This document shows positions 10,449 to 19,253 of a DNA stretch of 64,000 nucleotides, in pieces. Numbering within the stretch: the stretch's first letter is position 1; every line of letters starts with the position of its first letter. This stretch comes from Deltaproteobacteria bacterium (GTDB lineage Bacteria; Desulfobacterota; Desulfarculia; JACQYL01), in the NCBI GenBank assembly GCA_016208165.1, contig JACQYL010000001.1, positions 8,099-72,098 of the forward strand, read 5' to 3'. Position numbers and translations under genes: made by a program. The notes under the pieces are model-generated. The model saw nothing but the letters and a program-made list of their open reading frames with translations. It did not search any database and was not told the DNA's origin.

Positions 10449-11735
10449 ATGGACTCGACCGTGTCGTCTCGATTGTATGAACATGCGCTTCGGATCATAC
10501 CCGGCGGGGTGAATTCCCCGGTGAGAGCCTGTCGGTCCGTGGGACGCGATCCGTTGTTTATACGAAGAGCCAAAGGCTCGAAAATCTACGATGCCGACGG
10601 AAGGGAATATCTGGACTTTGTGGCTTCCTGGGGGCCTATGGTCCTGGGGCACGCGGATGATCGAGTGGTAGCCGCCATCAAGGACGCCGCCGTGAACGGA
10701 ACGAGCTTCGGCGCTCCCACCGAGCTGGAAGTGAAGATGGCCCAAACCATTGTCGATGCGGTGCCCTCCGTGGAGATGGTTCGCATGGTGAATTCCGGAA
10801 CGGAAGCCACCATGAGCGCCATACGATTGGCTCGAGGATATACGGGGCGCGATCTGGTGGTCAAATTCGACGGCTGCTACCACGGTCATGCGGATGGGCT
10901 TCTGGTCAAAGCCGGTTCGGGTCTGGCGACGTTCGGGATACCCGGTAGTCCCGGAGTTCCCGACGATGTCTGCAAAAACACGCTTTCTCTGCCCTACAAC
11001 GACACAGCCGCCTTCGAAGCGTGCATGCGACAAGCCGGGGCGCGGATTGCGGCCGTCATTGTCGAGCCCATTGCAGGAAACATGGGCGTTGTACCTCCTG
11101 CGGACGGCTTCCTGGAAACGCTGCGCCGCCATACTCGGGAAACGGGCGCGCTGCTGATTTTCGATGAAGTGATCACCGGATTCAGGGTCGGATGGGGCGG
11201 GGCCCAGGAGCGCTTCGGTATCCGTCCCGATTTGACATGCCTGGGCAAGATCATCGGCGGAGGGCTGCCGGTCGGCGCCTTCGGGGGTCGCCAAGAGATC
11301 ATGCGTCGCATGGCGCCCGAGGGGGACATCTATCAAGCGGGTACTCTTTCCGGAAATCCGTTGGCCATGGCGGCCGGTCTGGCCACTCTGGACGTTCTGA
11401 TGGGTGCGGATGTGTATGAAACGCTGGATAGAAAGAGCACCCTGTTTTGGAACGGAATGAAGGAGTGCGTGAAAGAGGCGGGCATTCCCGCTGTTGTGAA
11501 CGCCGTGGGATCCATGGGCGCGCTCTTCTTTACCAGTGATCCTGTAACCGACTTCGTCGGCGCCATGCGTAGCGATAGGGAACGGTTTGCGCGTTACTAC
11601 AGCCTCATGTTGGACCGAGGGGTGTATTTGGCGCCGTCCGCTTACGAGGCCTCGTTTATCTCGATGGCTCACTGCGAATCGGACTTGGAAAGAGCGTGGG
11701 ATGCGTTTCGGGATTCCTTACGGCGACTAAGTTAA
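10449..11735 (+). CDS. hemL: glutamate-1-semialdehyde 2,1-aminomutase
   Basis: A 428-aa class III aminotransferase: ...RIIPGGVNSPVRA...GPMVLGH...VEPIAGNMGVV...FDEVITGFR...CLGKIIGGGLPVGAFGG... The long antisense ORF 10443..11672 is rejected. Confidence 0.95.
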   Translation: MDSTVSSRLYEHALRIIPGGVNSPVRACRSVGRDPLFIRRAKGSKIYDADGREYLDFVASWGPMVLGHADDRVVAAIKDAAVNGTSFGAPTELEVKMAQTIVDAVPSVEMVRMVNSGTEATMSAIRLARGYTGRDLVVKFDGCYHGHADGLLVKAGSGLATFGIPGSPGVPDDVCKNTLSLPYNDTAAFEACMRQAGARIAAVIVEPIAGNMGVVPPADGFLETLRRHTRETGALLIFDEVITGFRVGWGGAQERFGIRPDLTCLGKIIGGGLPVGAFGGRQEIMRRMAPEGDIYQAGTLSGNPLAMAAGLATLDVLMGADVYETLDRKSTLFWNGMKECVKEAGIPAVVNAVGSMGALFFTSDPVTDFVGAMRSDRERFARYYSLMLDRGVYLAPSAYEASFISMAHCESDLERAWDAFRDSLRRLS

Positions 11736-11810
11736 ATAAAACAAAAAAAGAGGTTGACACCTCTGAAAAGGCCGTGATAGAACTCGAAAGCTCTTAATAT
11801 CGCCGGACCG

Positions 11811-12101
11811 ATGGGGGCGCGAATGGCCTTCTTTAAGGGACAGCGGCCGGAGTATATCAGGCTATTGGCCATGGCCAGCTCCATGGGAATTTCAATCGTT
11901 CTGGCCACGGTCATCGGTCTGGGCGTCGGGTATTACCTGGATAACCACGTATTTGGCACATCACCGTGGCTCACGCTGATTTTCCTTATATTGGGAATCA
12001 TAGCGGGCTTCAGAAACATTTACATTATTGGAAAACGAGCACAGGAGAGAGAAAACAAACTCGACAAACGAAACTCGACAGGTACGGCGTCTAAAGATTA
12101 A
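11811..12101 (+). CDS. atpZ: small membrane protein preceding the atp genes (AtpZ / 'F0F1-ATPase gene 1'-like)
   Basis: A 96-aa product with two hydrophobic helices, positioned directly before atpI-atpB-atpE. The family assignment rests on context and topology only. Confidence 0.45.
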   Translation: MGARMAFFKGQRPEYIRLLAMASSMGISIVLATVIGLGVGYYLDNHVFGTSPWLTLIFLILGIIAGFRNIYIIGKRAQERENKLDKRNSTGTASKD

Positions 12102-12450
12102 CAACGGTATTGTCTTGGCGCTGCTCGTTGCGGGATCCGGGCCGGTCGTGGGTACGCGCTTCTCTTTGAGCGTTCTCTGTGGAGGACTCCTGGCCATGGC
12201 GAACTTCCATGTACTGTATGGCACGCTGCGGAGAGCGTTCATCTCGACCGCATCGGCATCCGGCGCCTCCGTGGTCGTAGTGTTCAAATACTACATCCGA
12301 TTGATTCTCACGGGAATCGCGATCTTCCTCCTGCTGAAGTTTGGAAACATTAACCCTGTGGGCTTGTTGTTGGGGCTTTCGACCGTAGTCATCAACTTGG
12401 TTCTGTTCGGATTTTTCGAGTTTTACAAGAATTACATCAAGGAGGCTTGA
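12028..12450 (+). CDS. atpI: ATP synthase protein I-like membrane protein
   Basis: A 140-aa hydrophobic product (..GTRFSLSVLCGGLLAMANFHVLYGTL..) directly before atpB, with its stop overlapping the atpB start. The 5' end overlaps the previous ORF by about 74 bp, so the true start is uncertain. Confidence 0.5.
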   Translation: MENEHRREKTNSTNETRQVRRLKINNGIVLALLVAGSGPVVGTRFSLSVLCGGLLAMANFHVLYGTLRRAFISTASASGASVVVVFKYYIRLILTGIAIFLLLKFGNINPVGLLLGLSTVVINLVLFGFFEFYKNYIKEA

Positions 12451-13145
12451 GCCAGATGGAACACCCGTTTCTGTTTTTATCGAAGCTCTTCGAGTTGATA
12501 GGGCTTGGCTCGTTTGCACACCACTACCCCCACGTTGTCTATTCCTGGTTCATCATGCTGTTCCTGATTGTTGTTGGAAAGCTCTGCGCCGGCGCAGTGA
12601 AAATGATCCCTTCGGGCGGCCAGAATTTTTTTGAAATGGTTATTTCAGGAATCGAAGATTTTCAGATTTCCATCATGGGTGAAGAAGGACGCCCGTTCTT
12701 TCCTTTGATTGCCACACTGGGTCTCTATATCTTGTGCTGCAACTGGATCGGTCTGATCCCGGGCATGTTGTCACCCACCGCAAACATCAACACGCCTCTC
12801 TCGTGCGCACTCGTGGTTTTTGTGGTCACTCATGCGGTGGGGCTTAAAGAGCACGGGCCCAAATACATCAAACACTTCACGGGTCCCATCTGGTGGATGG
12901 TTCCTCTCATGCTTCCCATCGAACTCATCGGACATCTCAGCCGCGTGCTTTCCCTGACCTTCCGTCTCTTCGGAAACATCATGGGCGAGGACTTGGTTTT
13001 GGCCATTCTGTTGTTTCTGGCCGGGAAGTTTCTGGCGCCGGTTCCCATGATGTTCCTGGCCATTTTCACCAGCTTCGTGCAGGCGTTTATTTTCTCGTTG
13101 CTGACCATGATGTACATTGCGGGTTCTCTGGAAGAGTCGCATTGA
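12447..13145 (+). CDS. atpB: F0F1 ATP synthase subunit a
   Basis: ...LSLTFRLFGNIMGEDLVLAILL... contains the conserved essential Arg of subunit a. A five-plus helix membrane protein. Confidence 0.9.
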   Translation: MSQMEHPFLFLSKLFELIGLGSFAHHYPHVVYSWFIMLFLIVVGKLCAGAVKMIPSGGQNFFEMVISGIEDFQISIMGEEGRPFFPLIATLGLYILCCNWIGLIPGMLSPTANINTPLSCALVVFVVTHAVGLKEHGPKYIKHFTGPIWWMVPLMLPIELIGHLSRVLSLTFRLFGNIMGEDLVLAILLFLAGKFLAPVPMMFLAIFTSFVQAFIFSLLTMMYIAGSLEESH

Positions 13146-13224
13146 TTGAATCTGAATCGTTGGCTGTGCCAGCCTTTGTGGAAGAAGGCGAAACATATAA
13201 TATCTTAGGAGCTAGGAGGAAGAA

Positions 13225-13602
13225 ATGAACAGGAGAACTTTCCGTCTGACCATGCTGAGTACGTTTTTTGTGTTGGGCATGGCGACATTGGCGTTCGCCG
13301 AAGTCGATCCCACGGTAGCAGCCTCGGGCATGAAGCTGTTCGCAGCCGTTGTTACGGCGGCCGGTTTTGGAATTGGTATTGCCGCTTTTGGAACGGGCAT
13401 CGGCCAAGGTATCGCCATCAAGGGCGCGGTCGAGGGAACGGCCCGCAACCCGGAGGCTTCCGGTAAGATTACGGTGACCATGCTGATCGGTCTGGCCATG
13501 GTCGAGTCTCTGTGTATCTACGCGCTCGTCGTGGCCCTGATTCTGTTGTACGCCTATCCTATGGCGGCGCCGGTGGCCAAGATGATCGGCCTGCCCTTGT
13601 AA
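13225..13602 (+). CDS. atpE: F0F1 ATP synthase subunit c, with a signal-like N-terminal extension
   Basis: ...[30 protein letters not shown]...[24 protein letters not shown] is a c-ring hairpin with the conserved carboxylate (E in MVESL). The first approx 40 aa ([25 protein letters not shown]) look like a signal peptide. Confidence 0.88.
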   Translation: MNRRTFRLTMLSTFFVLGMATLAFAEVDPTVAASGMKLFAAVVTAAGFGIGIAAFGTGIGQGIAIKGAVEGTARNPEASGKITVTMLIGLAMVESLCIYALVVALILLYAYPMAAPVAKMIGLPL

Positions 13603-13620
13603 ACTGGAAGAACTGCCCAC

Positions 13621-13651
13621 GGGGTTGTTTCAGGGTAACAACCCCGTTTTT
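13621..13651 (+). terminator. rho-independent terminator-like hairpin after atpE
   Basis: GGGGTTGTT-tcagggt-AACAACCCC followed by GTTTTT. Confidence 0.5.
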
Positions 13652-13661
13652 GCCCCACTCT

Positions 13662-13679
13662 ATGTGTTTTCTTTCACAA
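13662..13679 (+). promoter_or_regulatory. candidate Rex operator (ATGTGTT-TTCT-TTCACAA) 19 bp upstream of rex
   Basis: An 18-bp site matching the Rex consensus TTGTGAA-N4-TTCACAA in 12 of 14 half-site positions, with a perfect right half. Its position implies autoregulation. Confidence 0.5.
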
Positions 13680-13697
13680 CACCGGCGGAGAATCTGA

Positions 13698-14330
13698 ATG
13701 AAATACGCGAAAATACCTGGAGCCACGATCACGCGTCTCTCCATGTACTCTCGTGTACTCGAGCGTATCGCACAAGAGGACGTACGGATTGTCTCTTCAG
13801 AGCGGCTGGCCACGCTGTGTGAAGTGAATCCGGCCCAGATCAGGAAAGACTTGTCCTACTTCGGCGAATTCGGGGTCCGGGGAGTGGGTTATTACGTGAA
13901 AGAGCTGCTTTTCGAAATAAAACGCATTCTTGGGCTGAACCGGGAATGGAAAATGGGCATCGTCGGGGTAGGGAACCTCGGTCTTGCTCTGCTGTCCCAC
14001 GAAAACTTCTCCAGACAGGGCTACATCTTTATGGCGGCGTTTGACAACGACCCCCAGAAGATTTCGAAAAAGCTGCCGAACGGCCTGGTCATTCACCATG
14101 TCAACGAGCTTTCACTGGTCGCCAAGGACACGGGCCTCGAGATCGGAGTGATCGCCACTCCCGCCAACTGGGCTCAGGATATTGCCAACCGCTTCATCAA
14201 AGCCAATGTGCCCGCCATCCTGAACTTTGCGCCTACCCAAATTCACGTTCCTGAAGGTTTCCAGGTGGAAAACGTCGACTTCACGGTCAAGCTCGACAAC
14301 CTGGCCTATCATCTTTCTTCCAAGGGCTGA
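13698..14330 (+). CDS. rex: redox-sensing transcriptional repressor Rex
   Basis: 210 aa. An N-terminal winged helix (TITRLSMYSRVL) and a Rossmann NADH-binding domain (MGIVGVGNLGLALL). Confidence 0.9.
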   Translation: MKYAKIPGATITRLSMYSRVLERIAQEDVRIVSSERLATLCEVNPAQIRKDLSYFGEFGVRGVGYYVKELLFEIKRILGLNREWKMGIVGVGNLGLALLSHENFSRQGYIFMAAFDNDPQKISKKLPNGLVIHHVNELSLVAKDTGLEIGVIATPANWAQDIANRFIKANVPAILNFAPTQIHVPEGFQVENVDFTVKLDNLAYHLSSKG

Positions 14331-14620
14331 TACGGTCCCTGGACACCGGCGGACGCCACCCGTTCCATCGGCGCTCTCCTGCCCGGAATTCCGTATAAAA
14401 AAGAAACAGTTCATTCCGGCGGCCGTATAAGAATTACGCGGTTCCCCAAGCGGCGGTTTACGTCAAGAGGTCGGACAAGCCCAAACTTGTCTTGTAATAT
14501 CAGACTGTTTCCTCATATCTTGAGTTCGGTCATACTCCTGGCACAAACAATGCTTATATTTCATTATAAGAAGGTGTCATAAGACATGACATCATAAACC
14601 CAAACTCAGGGAGATGCGAA

Positions 14621-15112
14621 ATGAAAAGAAGAATACAATGGGGAACCTTAGGATTGATCATGGGCTTCCTATCCATGTTAAGCGTACCGGTGTATGCGGG
14701 TTTCGGACACGGGCCCATTCACACGCGTGGTCCCATGTACGGTGACATCGCCGATTTCGAACTCGTGACCTTCAATGCGACGGTGGATTACGTTCAACCT
14801 CCTGTCATGGTAGTCACCGACGAGCAGACCGTACAGTGGACGATCTATGCGGGCAACGTGCTTTACTGGCAGGATCGGGGCTATGATATGGAAGTGGGTG
14901 ACTCCATAACCGTCACCGGCGCCAGCCTCATGTACGGTACGGGCGTTGGTGGAGGAGGCGGAATGCACGGTGGAGGCGGATTCCCATCGGATGGAGCCTC
15001 ATCCCACTTTGTGGTGTTTTCCATTGATGATCATACGACGGGCCAGAGTATGCAGTTCAGGAATCCGGATACGGGCGCTCCTATGTGGGGCCATTTCGGT
15101 CCGCAACAATAA
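14621..15112 (+). CDS. secreted Gly/Met/His-rich protein of unknown function
   Basis: Signal peptide MKRRIQWGTLGLIMGFLSMLSVPVYA, then GGGGGMHGGGGF and PMWGHFGP stretches. Good RBS (gggagatgcgaaATG). Confidence 0.5.
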   Translation: MKRRIQWGTLGLIMGFLSMLSVPVYAGFGHGPIHTRGPMYGDIADFELVTFNATVDYVQPPVMVVTDEQTVQWTIYAGNVLYWQDRGYDMEVGDSITVTGASLMYGTGVGGGGGMHGGGGFPSDGASSHFVVFSIDDHTTGQSMQFRNPDTGAPMWGHFGPQQ

Positions 15113-15202
15113 GCCGTGTTTTCGGGGAAGAGGAATATCTTCCCCGAATCTTCCCCGACCAACGCCCTACGGCTCCCATGAGGGCAAACCCGGAGGAACA
15201 GC

Positions 15203-15448
15203 ATGAACGCGAAGAAGTTGTATACTCCAAGAGACCCGGTGTGCGGGAGGGATGTCTTCGGAGTGTATCCAACGGCAATCTACGAGGGTAAAATGTACTT
15301 TTTCTGCAGTGAGGCCTGCGAAAAACGCTTTTCAACAGACCCCGAAAGTTTTGTAAGGAGAAAAGGCGTGTTTCGTCGCTTCATGGATCGTTTGGCGGAG
15401 AAAAACGCCGAAAATCCGCCGAAGTGCGGATGCGATTGTTGTCACTGA
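15203..15448 (+). CDS. YHS/TRASH-domain metal-binding protein with Cys-rich tail
   Basis: DPVCGRDV...YFFCSEACEKRF is the YHS motif; the C-terminus is CGCDCCH. Confidence 0.7.
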   Translation: MNAKKLYTPRDPVCGRDVFGVYPTAIYEGKMYFFCSEACEKRFSTDPESFVRRKGVFRRFMDRLAEKNAENPPKCGCDCCH

Positions 15449-15778
15449 TCCTGTTCTATGGTATCTTACAAAAGTGGCCCTCCCTCAGAGGGCTACTGAC
15501 TGCTTTGAGGCGCCTTTAAATGGCGGATTCCTTCCCTATGGAGCGGCTCACAATTCTCCTCCACGGAATCCCTGAGGTTTCAGGTCTCTGAATATCGATT
15601 GAGCCGCACTGAATGAATTCTCCATCCCTCATCCCGGCGCCTCCCGGAAACCGTATGGGGTTTCCGACTCCACACAAAAGGCTTGAGAAATCGAGGCCTT
15701 GCTTCTTGTTGTAAGAATCGGCATTCAAGCTCGAAGATAAGCCGGCTTTCGGCCGGCGGTCTAATACCGGAACCGACG

Positions 15779-16349
15779 ATGGGCATAGGCACCAAGAAAG
15801 GCGACACGGGTCGCACGGGCCTTCTGAGAGGAGAAAGGGTTCCCAAGTACCATTTGGCCATCGAGTTGGGAGGAATCCTCGACGAAGCCAACTCGTTGTT
15901 AGGCTTGGCGAGGGCCTCTTTTCCCGAGAAGAAAGTCAAGCGGATCCTGCTCCAAGTTCAGAAAGGAGTTTGAAGAGGCGCTGTCTCTTCCTCCGGGCTT
16001 TGTGGCGTTCGGTCAGGATGAGACGCCATCCCATATGGATGTCGCCAGAACGGGTATTCGAAAATTAGAGCGCGCTGTCGTAAAGATGAAAGACGAGGAG
16101 ATGATTGAGAACTCCAATATTCTCAAATACCTCAATCGACTTTCTGATCTGCTGTTGCTACTTGCCGCCTTCGAAGAGAAGGACAGCGAGGAGAGGCGGA
16201 AAATCAAGGACACCTATTTTTCATCCCGATTGTTCGAGCCCGCTTTTCGTAAATTGTTTATAGTAGCAGGTTCCATCATTGGAGTATTAATAATTTCGAT
16301 TATTCTCATTCTCCTTTTTCACAAGCCTGAACAGGAGCTTTCTCATTAG
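15779..16349 (+). pseudogene. PduO-type ATP:cob(I)alamin adenosyltransferase, frameshifted and internally shortened
   Basis: The N-part (15779..15973, IGTKKGDTGRTGLLRGERVPKYHLAIELGGILDEANSLLGLA) and C-part (frame 0, ..LPPGFVAFGQ...VARTGIRKLERAVV...YLNRLSDLLLLLA) both match PduO/MMAB motifs but lie in different frames, switching near 15960-15975. About 30 aa of the central helix are missing, and there is an odd C-terminal TM helix. Confidence 0.5.
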
Positions 16350-16409
16350 CAAATGATGGAACACATGCAACAAATGAATGATATTCAAGGACCAAGTCAA
16401 GATTGACTT

Positions 16410-17027
16410 TTGGGCGGTGAAGTCATGAGCAAGGGATCGAAAACAAAGGTCCTGTACACCTTCCTGGGAATGATTGGCGGCTTTGTACTTCTTCACCCTT
16501 ACACGATGATGGTGTACGCGCTGATGCATGTCCGCCGAGGTGCAGCCGGTGTGCATCCGGAATGGGGCGGGATCACTCTTCGGAGCCTCGTGGCCCTCAA
16601 GTCCACGATGTTGCCCATGGCATCCGCGTTCGTGATCTTTGGTGGGTTGATCGGCCTGTTGGTCGCCCTCGTTTTTGAAAGGAAAAGGAAAATGCTTCTG
16701 CTGGAAGTCGAAAATAATAAGAACAAGATTGCCATCCAAACGCTCAAGGAGGTGACGGTTACGATAGCGCACCATCTTTTGAACGCCAACATGATTATCG
16801 GAGGGAAGGTCAGGCAATGCCGCAGGCTGACCTCCGATCAAGAGATCCTTAAGGTCCTCGCGGATATGGAGGAGCAGGGACGGAAGATCGATTCGACCAT
16901 CAAGTCGTTGCGCGAAGTCACCGAAGTGAAGATCATGGATTACACCACGAGCGGTGCGGTGAAGATGATTGATATCGATGATGAGATTAAGGAGCGGATG
17001 GTTCAATCAGGGAAGCAGGTCGATTGA
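16410..17027 (+). CDS. hypothetical membrane protein with coiled-coil C-terminal half
   Basis: Two or three TM helices (LYTFLGMIGGFVLL..; MLPMASAFVIFGGLIGLLVALVF) then a charged coiled coil. No catalytic motifs. The antisense ORF 16287..17006 is rejected. Confidence 0.45.
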   Translation: MGGEVMSKGSKTKVLYTFLGMIGGFVLLHPYTMMVYALMHVRRGAAGVHPEWGGITLRSLVALKSTMLPMASAFVIFGGLIGLLVALVFERKRKMLLLEVENNKNKIAIQTLKEVTVTIAHHLLNANMIIGGKVRQCRRLTSDQEILKVLADMEEQGRKIDSTIKSLREVTEVKIMDYTTSGAVKMIDIDDEIKERMVQSGKQVD

Positions 17028-17184
17028 CGATGTCCCGGCTTGTTTCTTCTTTGAGAGGACCGGGCCGTCACAATGTTTTTTATGTGCGACTTTGCAAAAG
17101 AGAAGATATGACACGGATGTCAAGTCCCGCGTGTTACCGGATTCTTCGTTCGGATGAGCCGCGGACTGTCACGAGGTCGGGAAC

Positions 17185-18243
17185 ATGACGAAGATACCGC
17201 CCGGAACCAAACGGATGTTGCTGGGCATACTTGTATTGGGGATAACCGGTCTCCATTACGGTACGGATATCGCATTGTCCCACCATCATATCTTCTATCG
17301 TGAACTGTACTATCTTCCTCTGGTCCTGGCGGCTTTCTGGTTCGGCGTACGAGGCGCCCTGATCACTTCGTCCATCATCGCTCTTCTGTATCTTCCGTTC
17401 ATTTGGATGAGTTGGGAAGGCTTTTCCGTCCAAGATTTCCACGCGCTGATCGGAATAGCGCTTTACTATGTTATGGCTCTTCTCGTGGGCATACTGAGAG
17501 ATCGAGAACAGGCCAAGCACAAGCGTCTCGTGGAAGCTGAGAGCCTGGCGGCCATCGGAAAGGCGCTTTCCAGCGTTGCTCACGATTTCAAGACCCCGCT
17601 CATTGCTATAGGAGGCTTTGCCAGGTGGGTCCAGAAAAGGATGAGAAACGATGACGCCTGCTACGACAAGCTCGATATCGTTATTGGAGAAGCCCGGCGA
17701 CTGGAGAATATGGTGAATGAGATGCTGGACTTCTCGAGGCCTTTGCAGTTGAGTCGATCCACAACAGACCTATCGGATATTGTAAAAAAAATAGTAACCA
17801 TATGTCTTGAAGCGGATGGCAAGCGAAGGGTGAAGATTGACATCGAATGTGCGAAAGATCTGCCCACCCTGTTCCTGGACCAAATGAGAATGGAGCAAGC
17901 ACTGATTAATTTAATGTGGAACGCCGTACAAGTTACGCCCGAGGAGGAGACGGTGACCATAAAGACCTCCTCGAGCAGCGGCTACGTAAGGATAGAAGTT
18001 AGGGATTCCGGTTGTGGGATACCCCCTGATCTCCGAGAGAAAGTCTTCTCTCCTTTCTTCACAACCAAAAAGGATGGGACCGGATTAGGGCTTCCTATCG
18101 CCAAAAAGATCATCGAAGCTCACGGAGGAAGGCTGGAAATGAACGATAATCCGGGAAAAGGAACCGTGTTTACGGCTTCTTTGCCTATCCAGACTCCGCA
18201 CGATAGAGCGTGTCGAGAAAATAGTAAGGACTCTGATTTGTGA
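17185..18243 (+). CDS. membrane sensor histidine kinase (KdpD-type transmembrane module + HisKA + HATPase_c)
   Basis: The N-terminal 4-TM module LHYGTD..HHIFYRELYYLPLVLAAFWFGVRGALITS resembles the membrane module of KdpD-type kinases (pattern match). H-box SSVAHDFKTPLIAIGGF. G-boxes DSGCGIP and GTGLGLPIAKKIIEAHGG. Confidence 0.85.
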   Translation: MTKIPPGTKRMLLGILVLGITGLHYGTDIALSHHHIFYRELYYLPLVLAAFWFGVRGALITSSIIALLYLPFIWMSWEGFSVQDFHALIGIALYYVMALLVGILRDREQAKHKRLVEAESLAAIGKALSSVAHDFKTPLIAIGGFARWVQKRMRNDDACYDKLDIVIGEARRLENMVNEMLDFSRPLQLSRSTTDLSDIVKKIVTICLEADGKRRVKIDIECAKDLPTLFLDQMRMEQALINLMWNAVQVTPEEETVTIKTSSSSGYVRIEVRDSGCGIPPDLREKVFSPFFTTKKDGTGLGLPIAKKIIEAHGGRLEMNDNPGKGTVFTASLPIQTPHDRACRENSKDSDL

Positions 18244-18369
18244 GACGGAATGTTGGACGCCGATATTGAACTGGTCTTTCTGACACGGGTAGCATTGTCT
18301 TGGGGGGGATAATTACAAGTTAATAGGGCCATACGTCTTTGCCAACCTATTCCATGGGAGATCGTATAT

Positions 18370-19212
18370 ATGTCCAATAAGATCAAAAAGATATCTGTTA
18401 TCTTCGTTCTCATAGTTATTGTTACCGTGCTTCACTATTCAACCTCTATGAAGAAAGCGCCATTGCATGTTATATACAGGGAATTGTATCTTATACCCAT
18501 TCTATTAGGCGCAGTTTGGTACGGTATGAAGGGAGGCTTAATAACCTCAATTGCGTCATCCATGGTATATATTCCATGCGCTATGATGAGTTCTTCTGGG
18601 GCGCCGTCGTTCTTTATGGTAAGTAACATAGCTGAAATAGCGACATTTAATATCGTCGCATTGATCGTGGGTAGGTACTCGGACTTGAGGCGAAAGTTTA
18701 TCTTGGGTGAAAAGCCGGAGAAGGGTACTCAGGAATATAAAGTCAATGAATTGAATGAGTTAGATGCTGGGCGAAACATATTGATATGCCTCGAACCATC
18801 GAACGACACATTGAAAGAGGTTGACTATGTGGCACGAATGCTTACCAAAAATGAACATACAAGGGCCACGTTATTGGGTATCTTTCGTGAGCCGAAAGCG
18901 GATTTATTTCCAAGTGAGAACGAGATGAACGCCTACAGAGCGGAGAAGGAAACAGCGTTGGAAGGGATATTGCTTAAGTCGGCGCAGATGTTGAAATCAT
19001 CGGGCCTTGGCGAGGACCAGGTGATCAGCAAGACCGTACGGTTTCAGCACGGTCATGCGGCGGATCAGATCGTCAGAGAACAGGAAAAAGGCCGATACGA
19101 CACCATTGTTGTCGCCGGCGCGAAGATGCCGAAGCAACAGGAATTCTTGTTCGGGAATCTGCCGGTAAAGGTGATTCGTTCTGTTGACTGTCCGGTAATT
19201 ACCGTCTATTAG
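18370..19212 (+). CDS. membrane protein: KdpD-type transmembrane module fused to a universal stress protein (UspA) domain
   Basis: The N-terminus LHYSTS..LHVIYRELYLIPILLGAVWYGMKGGLITS is homologous to the N-terminus of the upstream kinase. The C-terminus ...YDTIVVAGAKMP...VKVIRSVDCPVITV is a Usp fold. Confidence 0.72.
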   Translation: MSNKIKKISVIFVLIVIVTVLHYSTSMKKAPLHVIYRELYLIPILLGAVWYGMKGGLITSIASSMVYIPCAMMSSSGAPSFFMVSNIAEIATFNIVALIVGRYSDLRRKFILGEKPEKGTQEYKVNELNELDAGRNILICLEPSNDTLKEVDYVARMLTKNEHTRATLLGIFREPKADLFPSENEMNAYRAEKETALEGILLKSAQMLKSSGLGEDQVISKTVRFQHGHAADQIVREQEKGRYDTIVVAGAKMPKQQEFLFGNLPVKVIRSVDCPVITVY

Positions 19213-19253
19213 GCGCCGGATTGTTTCCTAACCCTTGAACGAGGACCCAAATC

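Noticed and set aside
10443-11672. 409-aa ORF on minus strand
   Set aside because: Antisense to hemL, whose identity is unambiguous.
14940-15000. GGTGGAGGAGGCGGAATGCACGGTGGAGGCGGA low-complexity DNA that could be mistaken for a simple repeat
   Set aside because: It is in-frame coding for the Gly-rich stretch of the secreted protein, not an independent repeat element.
15449-15778. possible cobalamin riboswitch in the 330-bp leader of the PduO-type gene
   Set aside because: Looked for the B12-box (GCCACTG-like core) on both strands. Only a weak GCCGCACTG resemblance without the surrounding conserved stems. Not enough to call.
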